This document shows positions 39,089 through 52,402 of a stretch of DNA of 64,000 bases, piece by piece (position 1 is the stretch's first letter; the number at the start of each line of letters is the position of its first letter). The notes under the pieces were generated by a model. It did not search any database and was not told the DNA's origin. It was given only the letters and a program-made list of their open reading frames with translations. Origin of the DNA: Eledone cirrhosa. Its lineage: Eukaryota. The position numbers were made by a program, and so were the translations under genes. Location: assembly GCA_964016885.1 (NCBI GenBank), contig OZ024742.1:275156001-275220000 (forward strand), given 5' to 3'.

Positions 39089-42000
39089 GAATGCTATGGT
39101 TGACGGAGGCTCGCCTCTGTAAGGTATTCTAAATTTTGAACGCTATAACAATTGTAAATTGTTTAAAACTTTAAAGAACTTGTAGACAAAAACACCCTCC
39201 TCCTCGTGAGAGGGGTCTTCCTGCACGTTATTTGGCCCTTCGGGTTAAATAACTGCTTACTGAGGTTTTGTGCCCAATATTTATTTTAAACAAAAAAAAC
39301 ATGGCTACAAAAAAGAATTTTCATAGGTCACTCCCACTCATTCCGTCTTCTTCTTCCTCAATCATCACTACAGCAGAGAGAAGATTGTCTCTCTCCCTCC
39401 CTTCTTTAAATGTGTCTCTCTCCCTCCCTTCTCTTTCGCAAGCGACGAAAGAAAAGAAAAGTCTCGTGCAAAGCGTGCAAGGTTTCTCCACGACGACGAC
39501 GACAACGACGAAACAGGTGTGCGGGAAATACGAAAACCCACTTCATTCGTCTGACGTCAGGAATAATAGCAGTAGCAGCCGTAATAACAACAGCAACAGT
39601 GACAATGAAAACAACAGTAGCAGCCGCAACAGCATCACCAGCAGCATAAACAACAACAGCATTAGCAGCAGCAACACCAACAACAACCACAGCAACAGCG
39701 GCGGAGGCAGTAATCGTAGTACCTGCAGCAACAACAAAAGTAACAGCAGCTCTGACGACAACAACAACAACAGCAGCAAAGAAAAACCAATCTCATTTGC
39801 AGGTATCGCGAAGAACCTGGAAACAATCCTCATAACAAATGAGGAATTAGAGGAAGCGAAGAAGATGGTGACAAAAACAGGACACCGAGCAATCTGCAAG
39901 GCAGCGGAAAAAACTTTCGAAACCCAACAGCACTGTACGGTCACGTACCGTACAGTAAGTACAAAATCCCGTAGGGTGGAAAGAGCCACAGAGGCTCAAA
40001 TACAAAAAGCCTTGGGGTCTGTTTGGCAGCGGAAAACACACATCACCCGAGGCAAGAAATATGCCACCGTAGACGTACTTTTTGCCACACCCCAGGAGGC
40101 AAAGGCTCAATCCGTAGTGACCCTAAGGAGCGAGGAAATGGTGTTGGTGCCCTCCTACTGCGGGCAAAAAATTGTGAGGGTCAAACTGACCCGCGTCCCC
40201 CCCGGGATGGCCCCTTCTTGGCTGGCCGCGTCTGTCCTCGTCGGAATCGAGGACAAAACAACTGTACTGCAAGTACAGAAAAAAGTAAGAGAAGATTGGG
40301 TCGGCATCACCATTGAGATGTTAATCCAAACCAACCAGGAGTGCATCGAAGCTATCCCGGATGTGATAGACTTCGATAACGGCACTCAACTGCCCATAAG
40401 TGTTGAGGGCAAACGCCCGAAATGCTTTCGCTGTGGATCGAAGACTCACCTCAGGGCCTTCTGCAACGAGAAGACCCTGAGAAAGGAGAAAACCCCCTCC
40501 TTCCGAAACCTGCTCCACGGCTACCAGCAACAGGACAAGCGGCAACCAGGAACGATAGGTCCGTGGCACCCATACCCACGCCACGGAAATCAAAAACAGC
40601 AGCAGCAGTGGAAGTATTAACAACAACAACAACAACAGCAATACCAAATGCAGCTGCAACAGAGACTCCAGTGCAAACATCACCAACAACAACAAGTGAA
40701 AGAGTGGAGCTGGTACACCTCCCCGACCTCACAGAATCAGACATGGAGTGTGAGGTGGGAGAGGGATGGCAAAAGGTCGTAAGAAGGCACAAACGCAGAA
40801 GCAGCGCATCGTCGCCTTTGAAAAGGGAGGAAAGAAATGAAAAAAGGGTAAGGTTTACTGCAAAGAGACTCACAGCAGCAACACCACCAACACCATCACC
40901 ACCCACACTAGCACCACCATCACCACCGGCGACAACCCCACCGCCAACAACAGCTTCAACACCACCACCACAAGCACCAACATCGCAAACACAACAACAA
41001 AACACACACACCCAGCAACAACGACAAGAAAATAGCAGAACCACGCCCCACCCCCAGAAAAACAAATGCACGGCAATAAATACACACAACAAGAAACTAA
41101 TGACTTACATAATTGAACACAGACATTTCACAACACGACTACATAATACCAGCACCAATCAAAACGCCAACTAACATAAGACTGCTAAAAATAGCACAGA
41201 AACAATACACAAACATTAAAAAGAAATTCCCCAACGCAGTTGGTGATTTCAGGGACCTAGGAGGAACTATCAATCGAAGAGTATATTCGGACATACTCAT
41301 AGAAGAGCCGACGACCAGCCGAAGGGACGATTCAACGGTCCCTTCACCAGACGATCAAGTGAAAAGGGATGTAAAAACCATCCCTCCTCTACGAAAAGTA
41401 CGGTAAGTGGTCTTTCCCATCTTTTCCACTCTAATTTAAACATGACCTCACTCAGAATAGGCAGCATAAATGCGCGTGGCTTGGGGTCGTCATGGAAGCA
41501 GGGTCACCTGCTCAACGACTTCAGGTCACTAAACATAGATGTAGTGGCCACCAGCGAGACAGAATCTCCGAAGCACGGGCCTTCGCACCGATCTTCGGCG
41601 GCTATGATGTGTACGCATCTCCCAGCCGTCCTGGATCGGGGGGAGGAGTTGCTGTGCTTTTTCGGAGAGGTTTGGATCTCGCCATACGGGCCATCTTCCT
41701 GGACCCAGAGGGTAAACTGGTGGTGCTGGACGTGACCAGCGGAGACGGGCAAGCTTTCAGGCTAGTGGCCGTCTATGCCCCGACAGGAGCAGGGAGGCCT
41801 GTTTCTTCCGGCGTCTGGAGACCTTTCTTGGAACGTCCCGCTCTTTAGTGTTAGTGGGCGACTGGAACGGGATCTTAGATGCACGCTGGGACTGTGTGGG
41901 ATTAGCGGATAGGGGTGGAGGGTGCAAGAGCCTCACCAACCTGCTCAGGCGTTTTGAACTGTCTGACAGGTACCGATTGGATTTCCCGAATGTGCCAATG

Positions 42001-44945
42001 TGGACTTGGACAAATCGCATAGGGTCATCCAGATCATATCTAGATAGAGTATTTTGTAGGGAAATAGATAGGTCTAGCATAGGCTGTCCACAATTCAAGA
42101 TAGTCAGCTACACGGACCACAAATTCGTGATCTGTGTGCTTGACTTAGATAGGCTTCATAGACGAGGACCCGGCTACTGAAAGCTAAACGCGTCCTTACC
42201 AGCGCGCAAGGCCTACGGAGACCGGATTAGCGAACTAGTTAAGCGGGCGTTGACGGGGGCCATCGTCAACAACAAGTGGTGGTTTGCTCTGAAAAGAGCG
42301 ATTAGAATAGAAACCATTAGGTTTAGTAAGGCTTTAGCAATAGATAAAAATAGAGCAGAGGGAGAACGAGTGGCGGAGGCGCGTCGTGGCAAAAAAAGCC
42401 ACGATCCAGCCTTTGGTGGACCACGACGGGTGCATGCTACTCGATCCCGGGCAAATGTGTGAAGCTTTTCAGCGACACCTCGCTCAGCTGTTCGGGGGCA
42501 GCGGTGGGCCGGGTCGAGGGATGGACTTTAGTGTCTACCTCGACGGACTGCCGCGGCTCTCGGCCACTGAGGCGAAGTGTTGCGAAAAGCCGATAACAGC
42601 CGCTGAAGTAAGGGAGGAAATGACTGGCTGCACAAGGGGTAAATCGCCTGGTTTGGATGGTCTGCCCTATGAACTTTACGTACAGATGCCAGACTTGTTC
42701 GGGGGCCTTTTGGCGGACGTCTACTGCAACTGGCAACAGAACGGGAGAATTCCCAGTTCTGTGAGCCGAGGAGCGGTGGCACTGCTGAGAAAGGATCCGA
42801 ACAAGGGGGATAACATAGATAATTTCCGGCCCATAACTCTGCTAAACACAGAGTTCAAGATTTTGGCCAAGGTGCTAGCAAAGAGGTTGGCGCTTGTCGT
42901 TGGTGGTCTGGTGGGAGAGGCGCAGACATGCGCCATTCCCGACAGATCCATCCACGACAACCTCTACCTCATGCGATACATCGTAGAGAGGGTAGCTAGG
43001 GAACCTGGCACGGGTGGGTCCTTGATCAATTTAGATCAGTCGAAAGCTTTCGATAGGGTCGACCATCGTTACCTAGCGACAGTCCTGAGGGCGGCTGGCT
43101 TTGGGCCCGTCTTCAGAGGCTGGATCGCTGCCATGCACAGCGTCATCTGCTCTGTGGTGAGAGTGAACGGTCACCTGTCGGAACCGTTCAACATCATGCG
43201 CTCGGTCCGCCAAGGATGTCCCCTCTCGTCTCTCTTGTACGTATTGACTCTCGAGCCATTACTGCACAAACTGGAGACGTTGAGGGGGGTCCCGCGCGAA
43301 CTAGGATGCGGAAGATCCGTGTCAGCATATGCGGACGATGTCACCGTAGTGGTGTCGAACGCCAAACACATCGAGGCGATCGGCACTACACAAAGAGAAT
43401 ACGAAGCGGTGACAGGAGCAATGATCAACCAGGAAAAGTCAGTGGGCCTGCAGCTCGGCACCTGGAGAGGCAGGTCCATGCCGTCCAACAGCGTCGTCGG
43501 ACGCTGGACGGACGGACCGGTTAAATTGCTTGGGGTCTGGTTCGGTCCGGACCTCCAGACGGACAAAAACTGGGACGAGGTGACGAGCAGGGTGGCTTCT
43601 ATCACCCAGAAATGGGCGGAGAGGAAGCTATCCCTGAAAGGTCGAGCGGAGGTGGCTAACGCGTACATCGCGTCTGTCATCTGCTACCGCCTGACCGTCG
43701 TACCTTGTCCTAAGCCTCGCCTGACTGCGCTGGAGCGTTTGCTCTTTCGCTTTCTGTGGAAGGGACGCGCTCCGATGGTCAGGCGGTCCATCTGTTGTCA
43801 ACACCCGCTACGTGGAGGGCTGGGCATGCCGTGGCTGATGATGCGCAGGCACGCGCTCAGGCTACGACATCTCCACCTCTTCCTCGACGGTGATCAGGTG
43901 TGGTCACCGTTTGCTAGACACGTATTTCACCAGCTCGTTTCCTTGACGGAGCTGCAGTCCTGGGTCAAGCGAAGACCGAGAGGGAGCGCCTGGAGACTGG
44001 AATGTCTTCAGACGCTCACAGCCCTCGACCAATCGGGCAATGTGATCGGTGGAAACTCCACCTCGGCGTTCTATAGAGGATTAGTGGAGGGGAAGAGCGA
44101 CGACGTACCTGGGGAAACTCTAGGCGTCGACGAAAATCAACTAGCCAATCTCTTCGGAAGAACTTTCGGGCCAGGGCCTATGGACAATTTCCAGAAATTT
44201 CTGGCCTGCAGTGCTACCGAGGAGCTTTGCCAGTTCGGGATAAACTCTACAGGCATGGAGGTGCCGTCAGTCGGGCATGTCCGAGATGCGCGCAGGGCGA
44301 CGAAACCGTCCTGCACGCACTCGTCCAGTGTCCGAAAATTGCTGACTTGTGGGTTTATGTCGAACACCTGCTGTCGCGTTTAGGACGGATCCGGCTATCA
44401 TCTGAGTCCATTGTGAGGATTGCCCCGCCCTCCTCCTTTAGCCGGGAAGGGCAGGCAGTTTTTATCTGTCTGGTGGCCATGGCGAAAGAGATAGTATGGT
44501 GGACACGTTTGAAAGGGCTGAAGACGAGCACTTACCTCTTCGGTGATGCTCTGATTGACTTTTTCAAATTTCATTTGAAAATGGAAAATCAGAGTAGAGA
44601 GGGAAGTGCTCTCTTCCCAGCATTTTGTTGAAAGATGGGTGAGAGAAGCAAGAATGGCCCGAGTGAATGGGCCTACTCTGAGTATATATCTGTAAATTAA
44701 AGGTGGAAAACTCGGAGAGGGCACTTGCCTTGGTGGTCAGGGTCATTGTGGCCTTTTACTGGGCTTTCTCCACACATGTCCCTCCGAAGTCTCCCCCCTA
44801 TTGGGGAATTTTTCATTGTTATTTTTTGTTACATCCTCTGTTTTTGTTTTTTACACGCAGAAATGCCCATTTGTACCGTCCTGTATTGTCCTGAACTGTC
44901 CTTAATGTCTACTTTATGTAAACCCTTGTGGTTAATAAAGAAATC
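39089..44945 (+). mobile_element. Full-length Tx1 LINE: D-related ORF1 (39301-41406, two frameshifts) with subfamily A ORF2 (41442-44695, several lesions, ~165-bp deletion at 42366)
   Basis: CFRCGSKTHLRAFC knuckle; ORF2 nearly identical to 28119-31537; (ATT)n tail 44946-45015. Confidence 0.95.
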
Positions 44946-44958
44946 ATTATTATTTTTT

Positions 44959-45015
<57 letters not shown>

Positions 45016-45099
45016 GGACGCACATGTATGAAGAAGTACAAGTCTGCAGGGGAAAAGGTTCGTAACTTTAAGCTGTTTTAAAGTATCATGTTTTGTAGT

Positions 45100-48000
45100 T
45101 TCTTGTCGTTAACGGAACCAGGCCCCGAGCAATTTAACTGTTCCTTCCATCCAGTGCCCCAGGATGCTCTCGGATGTCATGGACTTTCCTCTCCCGGTGC
45201 CGATTTGCAAGCCCACCGACTTTTCCTGGTTTGTCTTTGCTCCTGTCACCGCTTCTTATTCCTTGAAAGCGGTGTCGACACCACCACGGTGACATCGTCG
45301 GCGTAAGCTGACACAGATCTCCAGCATCCCAGTTCGCGTGGCAAACCCTTCATCATCTCCAATATGTGCAATAACGGCTCGAGGCACAATACGTACAAGA
45401 GGGACGAGAGGGGACAACAATGGCGAATCGAGCGCATGATGCTTAAAGGCTGTGGCAGGTGACAATTCACCCTCACAACTGAGCAGATGCCGCTTTGCAT
45501 CAAAGCGATGAAGCCCCTAAAAACGCGCCCGAAGTCGGCCGACTCAAGGACCGCAGCCAGGTACCGATGGTCGACCCTATCAAATGCTTTACATTGATCC
45601 AAGTTGATCAGGGCCCCACCCGTGCCAGGTTCCTTAACCACCCTCTCTATCATGTATCGCATGAGATGGAGGTTGTCGTGGATGGATCTGTCCGGAGTGG
45701 CGCATATCTGCGCCTCTACCACCAGATCACCGACGACAAGCGCCAATCTCTTTGCTAACACCTTGGCCAAATTATTGAACTTTGCGTTTAGCAGAGTTAT
45801 GGGCCTGAAGTTTTCTATAACGTCCTCCTTGTTCGGGTCTTTTCTCGGCAATACAACCGCTCCCCAATACTAGGAATGCTCCAGTTTTCCTGCCAGTTAC
45901 AATATACATCTACCATGAGGTCGCCGAACAAGTCTGGCATGTACTCATAAAGCTTGTATGACAGACCATCCTAACCTGGTAAATTAACCCTCGTGCAGTC
46001 AGACATCACTTCTCGTATTTACCTGCTGTTATCGGCCTTTCGCAGCACTACGCTGCGGTCGTCGAGAGCCGCGGCAGTCCGTCGAGGTATACACCGAATT
46101 CCATACTCCGATCCCGCCCGCAACTGAGCAAACGTTTAGATCAGGCAAATACCGAATTGTGGATTTGTTGCCACGTCGACCCTCCACCACCCGGTCCCAT
46201 TGAACGGCTTTCGTCCCCTCGTGTCTCTGAGCACGCGCTCTAGCTCTGACAATGCATCCTTCATACTTTGCTTTGAAGAATTGGTCGACTGCCAATCTCG
46301 CCGCAAGCACGTCGGTTGCAATGCCTGTCCTAAACGCCTCTTCTAGCTTTCTAACTAGCTCTCCCTCTAGTCTATTTTTCTCAATCACTACTCCTTTGCT
46401 AAACCTTATCGATTCTACTCTAATAGCCATTTTCAGGGTAAACCACCACCTGTTGTTGACGATCGCACCCGTCAAGGCACGCTTAACTAATTCGCCAATC
46501 CGGTCCCTGTAAGCTTTGCGTGCCGGGAAAGACGCATTCAGCTTCCAGTAACAGGGCCCTTGCCTTTGGAATCTATCTAAGTCAACTTCACAGATCACAA
46601 ATTTGTGGTCCGAGTAGTTGACTAATTTAAATTGTGGACAACCTACACTATCCTTATCTGTTTCCCTATAGAATACCCCATCTTAATACGATCTGGATGA
46701 CCCGATGCGGTTTGCCCATGTCTACATTGGCACATTCGGATACTCCAGTCTATAGCTGTCAGACAGTTCAAAACTTCTGAGCAGGTTGTTGAGACGTTTA
46801 CACCCTCCTCCTCCTCTGTCTACTAACCCCACATAATCCCCGCGCGCATCCAAAATACCGTTCCAGTCGCCCTCTAACACTAAAGAGCGGGATGTTTCAA
46901 AAAGGTTCTCTAGACGTCTGAAGAAATCTGACCGTCCTGCCCCTGTTGGGGCGTAGACCGCTACTACTCTGAAAGCATTGCCTTCGCTGCCGGTCATGTC
47001 CAGCACCACGGATTTAACTTCTGGGTCCAGAAAGATGGCGAGATCCAAGTCTCTCCGAAAAAGCACAGCAAATCCTCCCCCGATACTGGACGGCTGGGAG
47101 ATGCGTATACATCGTAGCCGCCGAAGATCGTTGGGAAGGCTCGTGCGTCGGAGATTCTGGTCTCACTGACGGTCACCTTATCTGTGTTTAGTAAGCTGAG
47201 GTCGTTCAGCAGGTGATCCTGCTTCTAAAATGTCCCCAGGCCACGTACATTTATACTGCCTATTCTAAGTACTGCCATTCTAGGTCAGGGACGTGAGAAG
47301 AATAACTTGATCGTGTGGGGAAGGGGAGTAGAACCGTCCCTTTTGCTGGTTATGGGTGTCTCCAAGATTATATCTGTATAAATTCTCTTGAAGAGCGACC
47401 ACCGGAAATCCCTAACGCAGTTGGGGTATTTTTGTTTTCATTGTTTGTAATCTTCGAGTTCAATTTCCACAATGTTAATATTTTTTGGTAATGTTCTTGG
47501 TGTTGGTGGGGTGTGGTAATTTACGTCTGAAAAATCGTTGTGCTGTTTGATATGTTCCATTAATCCTTGATGTGCAATGTTTATGGTTGTGCAATGTTTA
47601 TGGTTGTGTACTTTTTTGTGGGATGGGTTGTATTGTTGCTGTTTTCTTGTTGTTGCTGTTGGGTGTGTGTGCTTTGTTGTGTTTGCGATGTTGCTGTTTG
47701 TGGTGATGCTGGTAGTGGTGTGGTTGCTGTTGCTGGTGATGCTTGTGGTGGTGATGGTGGTGGCGTTGCTGCAAGTCGCCTTACAGCCTTTACCCTTCTT
47801 TGATTGTCCTCGCTTTTGGAGGGCGAAGCTAAGTGATTCTTTGGTTTTTTGTATTTTTGGCAGACCTTTCGACACTTCACTCCCGCCTCATACTCCCTGT
47901 CGGATTGCGTGACATTTGGGAGGGGTATGTGCTCCACGGCTGTTGGTGGTGGTAGTGGAGCCCTCTCCGGCGATTTTGTTGCTGGTGCAGCGACTGCAAA

Positions 48001-49495
48001 TGTAGCTACTGGTGTTTCCGCCTTGCTGCCGCTGTTTTAGTTGTCCATGGCCTTGGTATGTGTGTCACGGACGTTGCCCTCCTACTCAGCGTGGAAACGT
48101 ATTCTACCTCTGTTGCCTGGCCTGCGCTTGGTAGCAGCGGATCAGGCGTCGGAAGGAGGGTGGCCCTGTTCTTGGCTGTCTTCTGCGCGCAAAAGGTCCT
48201 GAGGTGACCATTTTGCACACAGAGATAGCACTTTGGGTGCCTTTCGTCCACACTTATAGGGAGTTGAAGTCTTTCCTCGAGGTCTTTGATATCAGGGATG
48301 GCCTCGATACACTCCTTGTCAGTGTGTATTAGCATTTGAACGCCTATACCTGACCAGTTCTCTCTTCCCATTCTCTGTATTTGCAGTATGGCGGTCCTGT
48401 CCTCGATTCCAGCAAGGACAGACGCGGCCAGCCAAGGTATAGGCACGTCGGGCGGGATCTGGGTCACTTTGACCCTCTCGATTTTTTGCCCGCTGTAGGA
48501 GGGCACCAAGACTATCTCCTTACTCTTTAGGGTTTCCAAAAGGTGAGACTTCGCATCTTGCGGGTGGCGAAAAGTACACCTACTGTGGCATAATTTTTTG
48601 CCTCAGGTGATGTGGGTTTACGCGCCCGAACGCACCCCAAGCCCTTTTGGATTTGAGCCTCCGTGGCTCTCTCCACCCGATGTGACATTTTGCTTACGGT
48701 GCGGTAAGTCATCGTCCGTAGCTGCTGGTCCTTGGAAAATTCGGGTGGAGGTTTCAGGGAAACTCTATTGTCATTTCTTGTCACCATGGCCCTTGCGACT
48801 GCCATCTAATCCTCTGTGACTAGCGCTGTTTCTATATATCGGTCCACACCTGCGAAAGAAGTGACCCCTTTTTCAGCAGCACCATTATTGCTGCCGCTAC
48901 TGCTTCTACTGGTCTTGTTATTGTTGCTGTTGCTACTGATACAAACGGTGTTGTTGATGTTGCTGTTATCACTGTTGTAGTTGGTTGTTGTTTTGGTGCC
49001 ACCGTTGTTGTCGTTCTCGGTGCAATTTGTATTGTCGCTGTTGGTGCTGTCGTTGCTTATTTTCTTGTCAGCGGTGTTAATATCGTTGTTGCATTTGTCA
49101 TTTATTTCTCTTGTCTGTATTTTGGTTGTCGCCGTTACTGTTATAGTTGGTGTGATAATCTTTTTAAAATTAGTGTTCTCAGTGTTGTGTCATTGTTGTG
49201 TTTGTTCACGTTGTTTGTGGTGGTGTTTCTGTGTCAATTTCTGTGTTCGCCGTAACACTCCTCTCAACTTGTACGCCGTTATCACATGACATCAGACATA
49301 TCGCTGGGGGGGGGGAGGCTTAGCCAAGTTCTTTAGTAATTTTTGAAAGTAAAATGTTCAAATATTTATACTTTCCCCTTCACATGGCAAGGGCTTCTTT
49401 CCCTTACACAATAACAAAAATTTAACAATAAATAATTTGTGACAGGGCAATAAATCGACTTCCTGGGAGCGAGCAAAAAGACAGCCGATCAGACC
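45100..49495 (-). mobile_element. Tx1 subfamily D, 5' end present, 3' part lost, decayed
   Basis: ORF1 fragments (CYLCVQNGHLRTFC), ORF2 ATG 47278, RT to YADD; (AAT)n 49496-49512 at its 5' end. Confidence 0.92.
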
Positions 49496-49512
49496 AATAA
49501 TAATAATAATAA

Positions 49513-49606
49513 TTGTTTCTACGTTTGGCACAAGGCCAGCAATTACCCAATGCATTACTGGTACTTTATTCTATCGACCCCGGAAGGTGAAAGGCAAAGT
49601 TAACCT
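49513..49606 (-). mobile_element. SINE 3' fragment
   Basis: Reverse complement of ~6042-6138. Confidence 0.75.
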
Positions 49607-49630
49607 AATAATAATAATAATAATAATAAT

Positions 49631-50380
49631 GGTTTCTTTATTCGCCACAAGTGCTAACATGAAGTAAAACATGTCAGACGGCACAGAACGGTACAGGACG
49701 ATACAAAGTGGGTTTTGCCCGTGTAACGAGGTTATAACCAGATAGAAATGTGTAAAAACAAATTAAAAAATTCAAACAACAAAGATTCCCCCAAAACGGC
49801 GGCAGCCTCCGAGGGTCACGCGTGTCACACAAAATACCACAGCCACCCTGACCACTATGGCAAGCATTCTCTCTGTTTTCCCACTCCTCAGTCTATAGGT
49901 GCATACTCAGAGCGGGCCCGTTTGTTCGGACCAGACTCGCCACTTTCACCCACCTTTCAACAAACTTACTAAAAGACAGCACTTGCCTCTCCGCCCTGAT
50001 TTTCCTCTTCAAGTGAAACTTAAAAAAGTTAATCAGGGATTGGCTGGAGAGGAAAGTGTACGTCTTCAACCCTTTCAACCTTGTCAACCACACAATCTCT
50101 TTTGCCATGGCCACCAGGCAGATGAAACTGCCTGCCCTTCCTCCACTTTAGAGGAGGATAGCGGGGTCATCTGCACAATTGACTTAGTCGATAACCGGAT
50201 CCGCCCTACACGCGACAGCAGCTCTTCGACATAGTCCCACAAGTGAGCAATCCTCGGGCACTGAACGAGTGCGTGCATGACGGTTTCGTGGCCTTGCGCG
50301 CATCTCGGACAGGCTCGGCTACGGCACCTCCGTGCCTGTAGAGTTTATCTCGAATCGGCAACGCTCCTCGGTAGAACTGC
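49631..50380 (-). mobile_element. Tx1 subfamily D 3' fragment
   Basis: HALVQCPRIA...FFKFHLKRKIR; (AAT)n 49607-49630. Confidence 0.9.
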
Positions 50381-50730
50381 TAGTGTATTACCAAATATAC
50401 TATACATACATTCATGTATACATCGCTATTTCAGAACACCATTCCTAGTACCTAATTTCTGCTGGACCGGCAATCGCTCTGTATAATCAGCTCCTGGTTA
50501 TTACTGTAATTCTATAAGAATCCAGCTTCTATAATTTTTGGTGAAAGCAGGCGAGTACATGGCTCTGATGGACGCCAACTAGTGTGAAACAGACTGTCAG
50601 CTTCTCTCCCTTCTTTTGCCGAAAAAAAGTAAGTGACACAGTCACTACTTTTAAACTGATAGCGTATGTTCTTCTAAATTTTTTTAATTAAACATACGGT
50701 ATATTGCCAATTATACTATACATACATTCA
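50381..50730 (+). mobile_element. Short hammerhead-bearing element with ~29-bp terminal direct repeats (316-nt period), ending at (TA)n
   Basis: TATT(A/G)CCAA(A/T)TATACTATACATACATTCA at 50386 and 50702; related copy at 53918-54162. Confidence 0.65.
50562..50601 (+). ncRNA. Hammerhead motif with A9-to-G core variant
   Basis: GCU-CUGAUGG-ACGC caacua GUGU-GAAA-CA gac UG-UC-AGC. Confidence 0.55.
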
Positions 50731-51054
50731 TATATATATAGAGAGAGAGATAGATAGATAGATAGATCCACTGAAAGTGTGGAGGTTCCCGAGATTGACT
50801 AATGTAAAGCGACTGCCCGTTTATCTATTCTTTTTCCATTGTCTTTGTCACTATTTTGAATACATATATACGTATGTACTGACCCTTAACTCCTGGGGGG
50901 ATCACAGGGGCGCCGCATTGTCATACGGCGTATCCAAGGAATTTTTTAAACCCTGTGTGAGCCCATCTCCTCTCAAAGTCCGAATACAGAAGATTTCCTC
51001 CGGAGAAGGATACAGAGTGAAATAATGGAAATGTGAAAGAGACATAGAGGAAGA

Positions 51055-51118
51055 GTTGACACCAGTAGACTGGTACTTTTTTATCGACTTCTAATGAATG
51101 AAATGCAAAGGCAAAATG
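51055..51118 (-). mobile_element. Diverged SINE fragment
   Basis: CTGGTACTTTTTTATCGAC...GAAATGCAAAG similar to the reverse complement of the SINE core. Confidence 0.5.
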
Positions 51119-51786
51119 TAAGGAGTTATTGAAAAGGGAGATTAGTCGAAAGCGGAACACATATCTACGGTCCTTTGATCAAATCGCGAAACTCATTAAA
51201 AATTACCGGAAAGTGGAAAAACCACGGGTTTTCTGTGACATTTTAATCGTAATCAATTTTAAGCCACGAGAAATCTTCCATTCTTTGACTTATTATTCTT
51301 CATAGTCTTCCATTATCATTCAGCAGACGTGAGATTAGAATATAGCGTGCCTTTGTTTCGTTTGATTTACAATGTTTAATGTCAACTGACAATTTAGATC
51401 GCAAAAAGATCTATTGTTATGAATAAAAGCAATGTAATTATAGTAATTTTCTGGAAAGTCATGCAAGCATTTTACATTTATTTTCACACTATCACGTGAA
51501 TTAACTAATACTTAACACAACAGCAAAACAGACATGTCTCTGACATTTTGATCGAAAGCAATTTTAAGCTTGAAATTTGCTGAGAGGACTGTGAATTGCT
51601 AAATATAGAGGAAATGTATGTATATATGTATGTATGTACGCATGTTTTGTTTGAGATATATTTAAGTTCTTTCAAAATCTCTCTCTTTATATACATAAAT
51701 ATGCTACACCCACGCTCACTCACAAATACACAGCCACACAAACATGCACGCTCTCTCTATATATCTCTCTATATATATATCTCTCT

Positions 51787-51841
<55 letters not shown>

Positions 51842-51931
51842 GCGAAGATTCAAGAAGAAAAACAGTATCGGAGAATGATACAGTGCAGTGATTATATATA
51901 TTAGTTTAACACTTGATACGTTAGGAAAATG

Positions 51932-51969
51932 ATCTTTACCTTTCGGATGCTATTTCTTCATCAGAAGAT
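51932..51969 (-). ncRNA. Minimal hammerhead motif lacking helix III, near (TA)n
   Basis: Minus strand: AUCUU-CUGAUGA-aGA aauagca UCc-GAAA-GG-UA-AAGAU; helix I 5 bp, weak helix II. Confidence 0.55.
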
Positions 51970-52402
51970 AAAATGAGAGGTAGAAGAAATAGAAAGATAC
52001 ACAAAAGTAAGAAGAGTAAGAATCGGTGAAAATGATGGGAGGGAGCCACATGTGTATTTAGTCAGCCATTTGGGGAAAAAGATGGGTAAAAGGTAGCAGG
52101 AGCGGGTAGAGATCGGAATGACAATATAGTGAAACAGTGTGAAAAAGAGAGTAATGTTGTTGCAAATATGAATTAAATATATAATTTTCTTTCTATATTT
52201 TCACTAATTAAGTGAATGCTAGGAAATTGCCTGTATATCGACCATTTCTTTTATCCATATCAATTTCTGAAATGTTAAACTTTCAATTTTTGTACATAAT
52301 TTGGAGGCAACTCGTCTGATCGATTTACATTGTTAAATGTACAAACATTTATACACACACACGCACACATATTTCGTTTACTTATATACATACTTTTATA
52401 TA

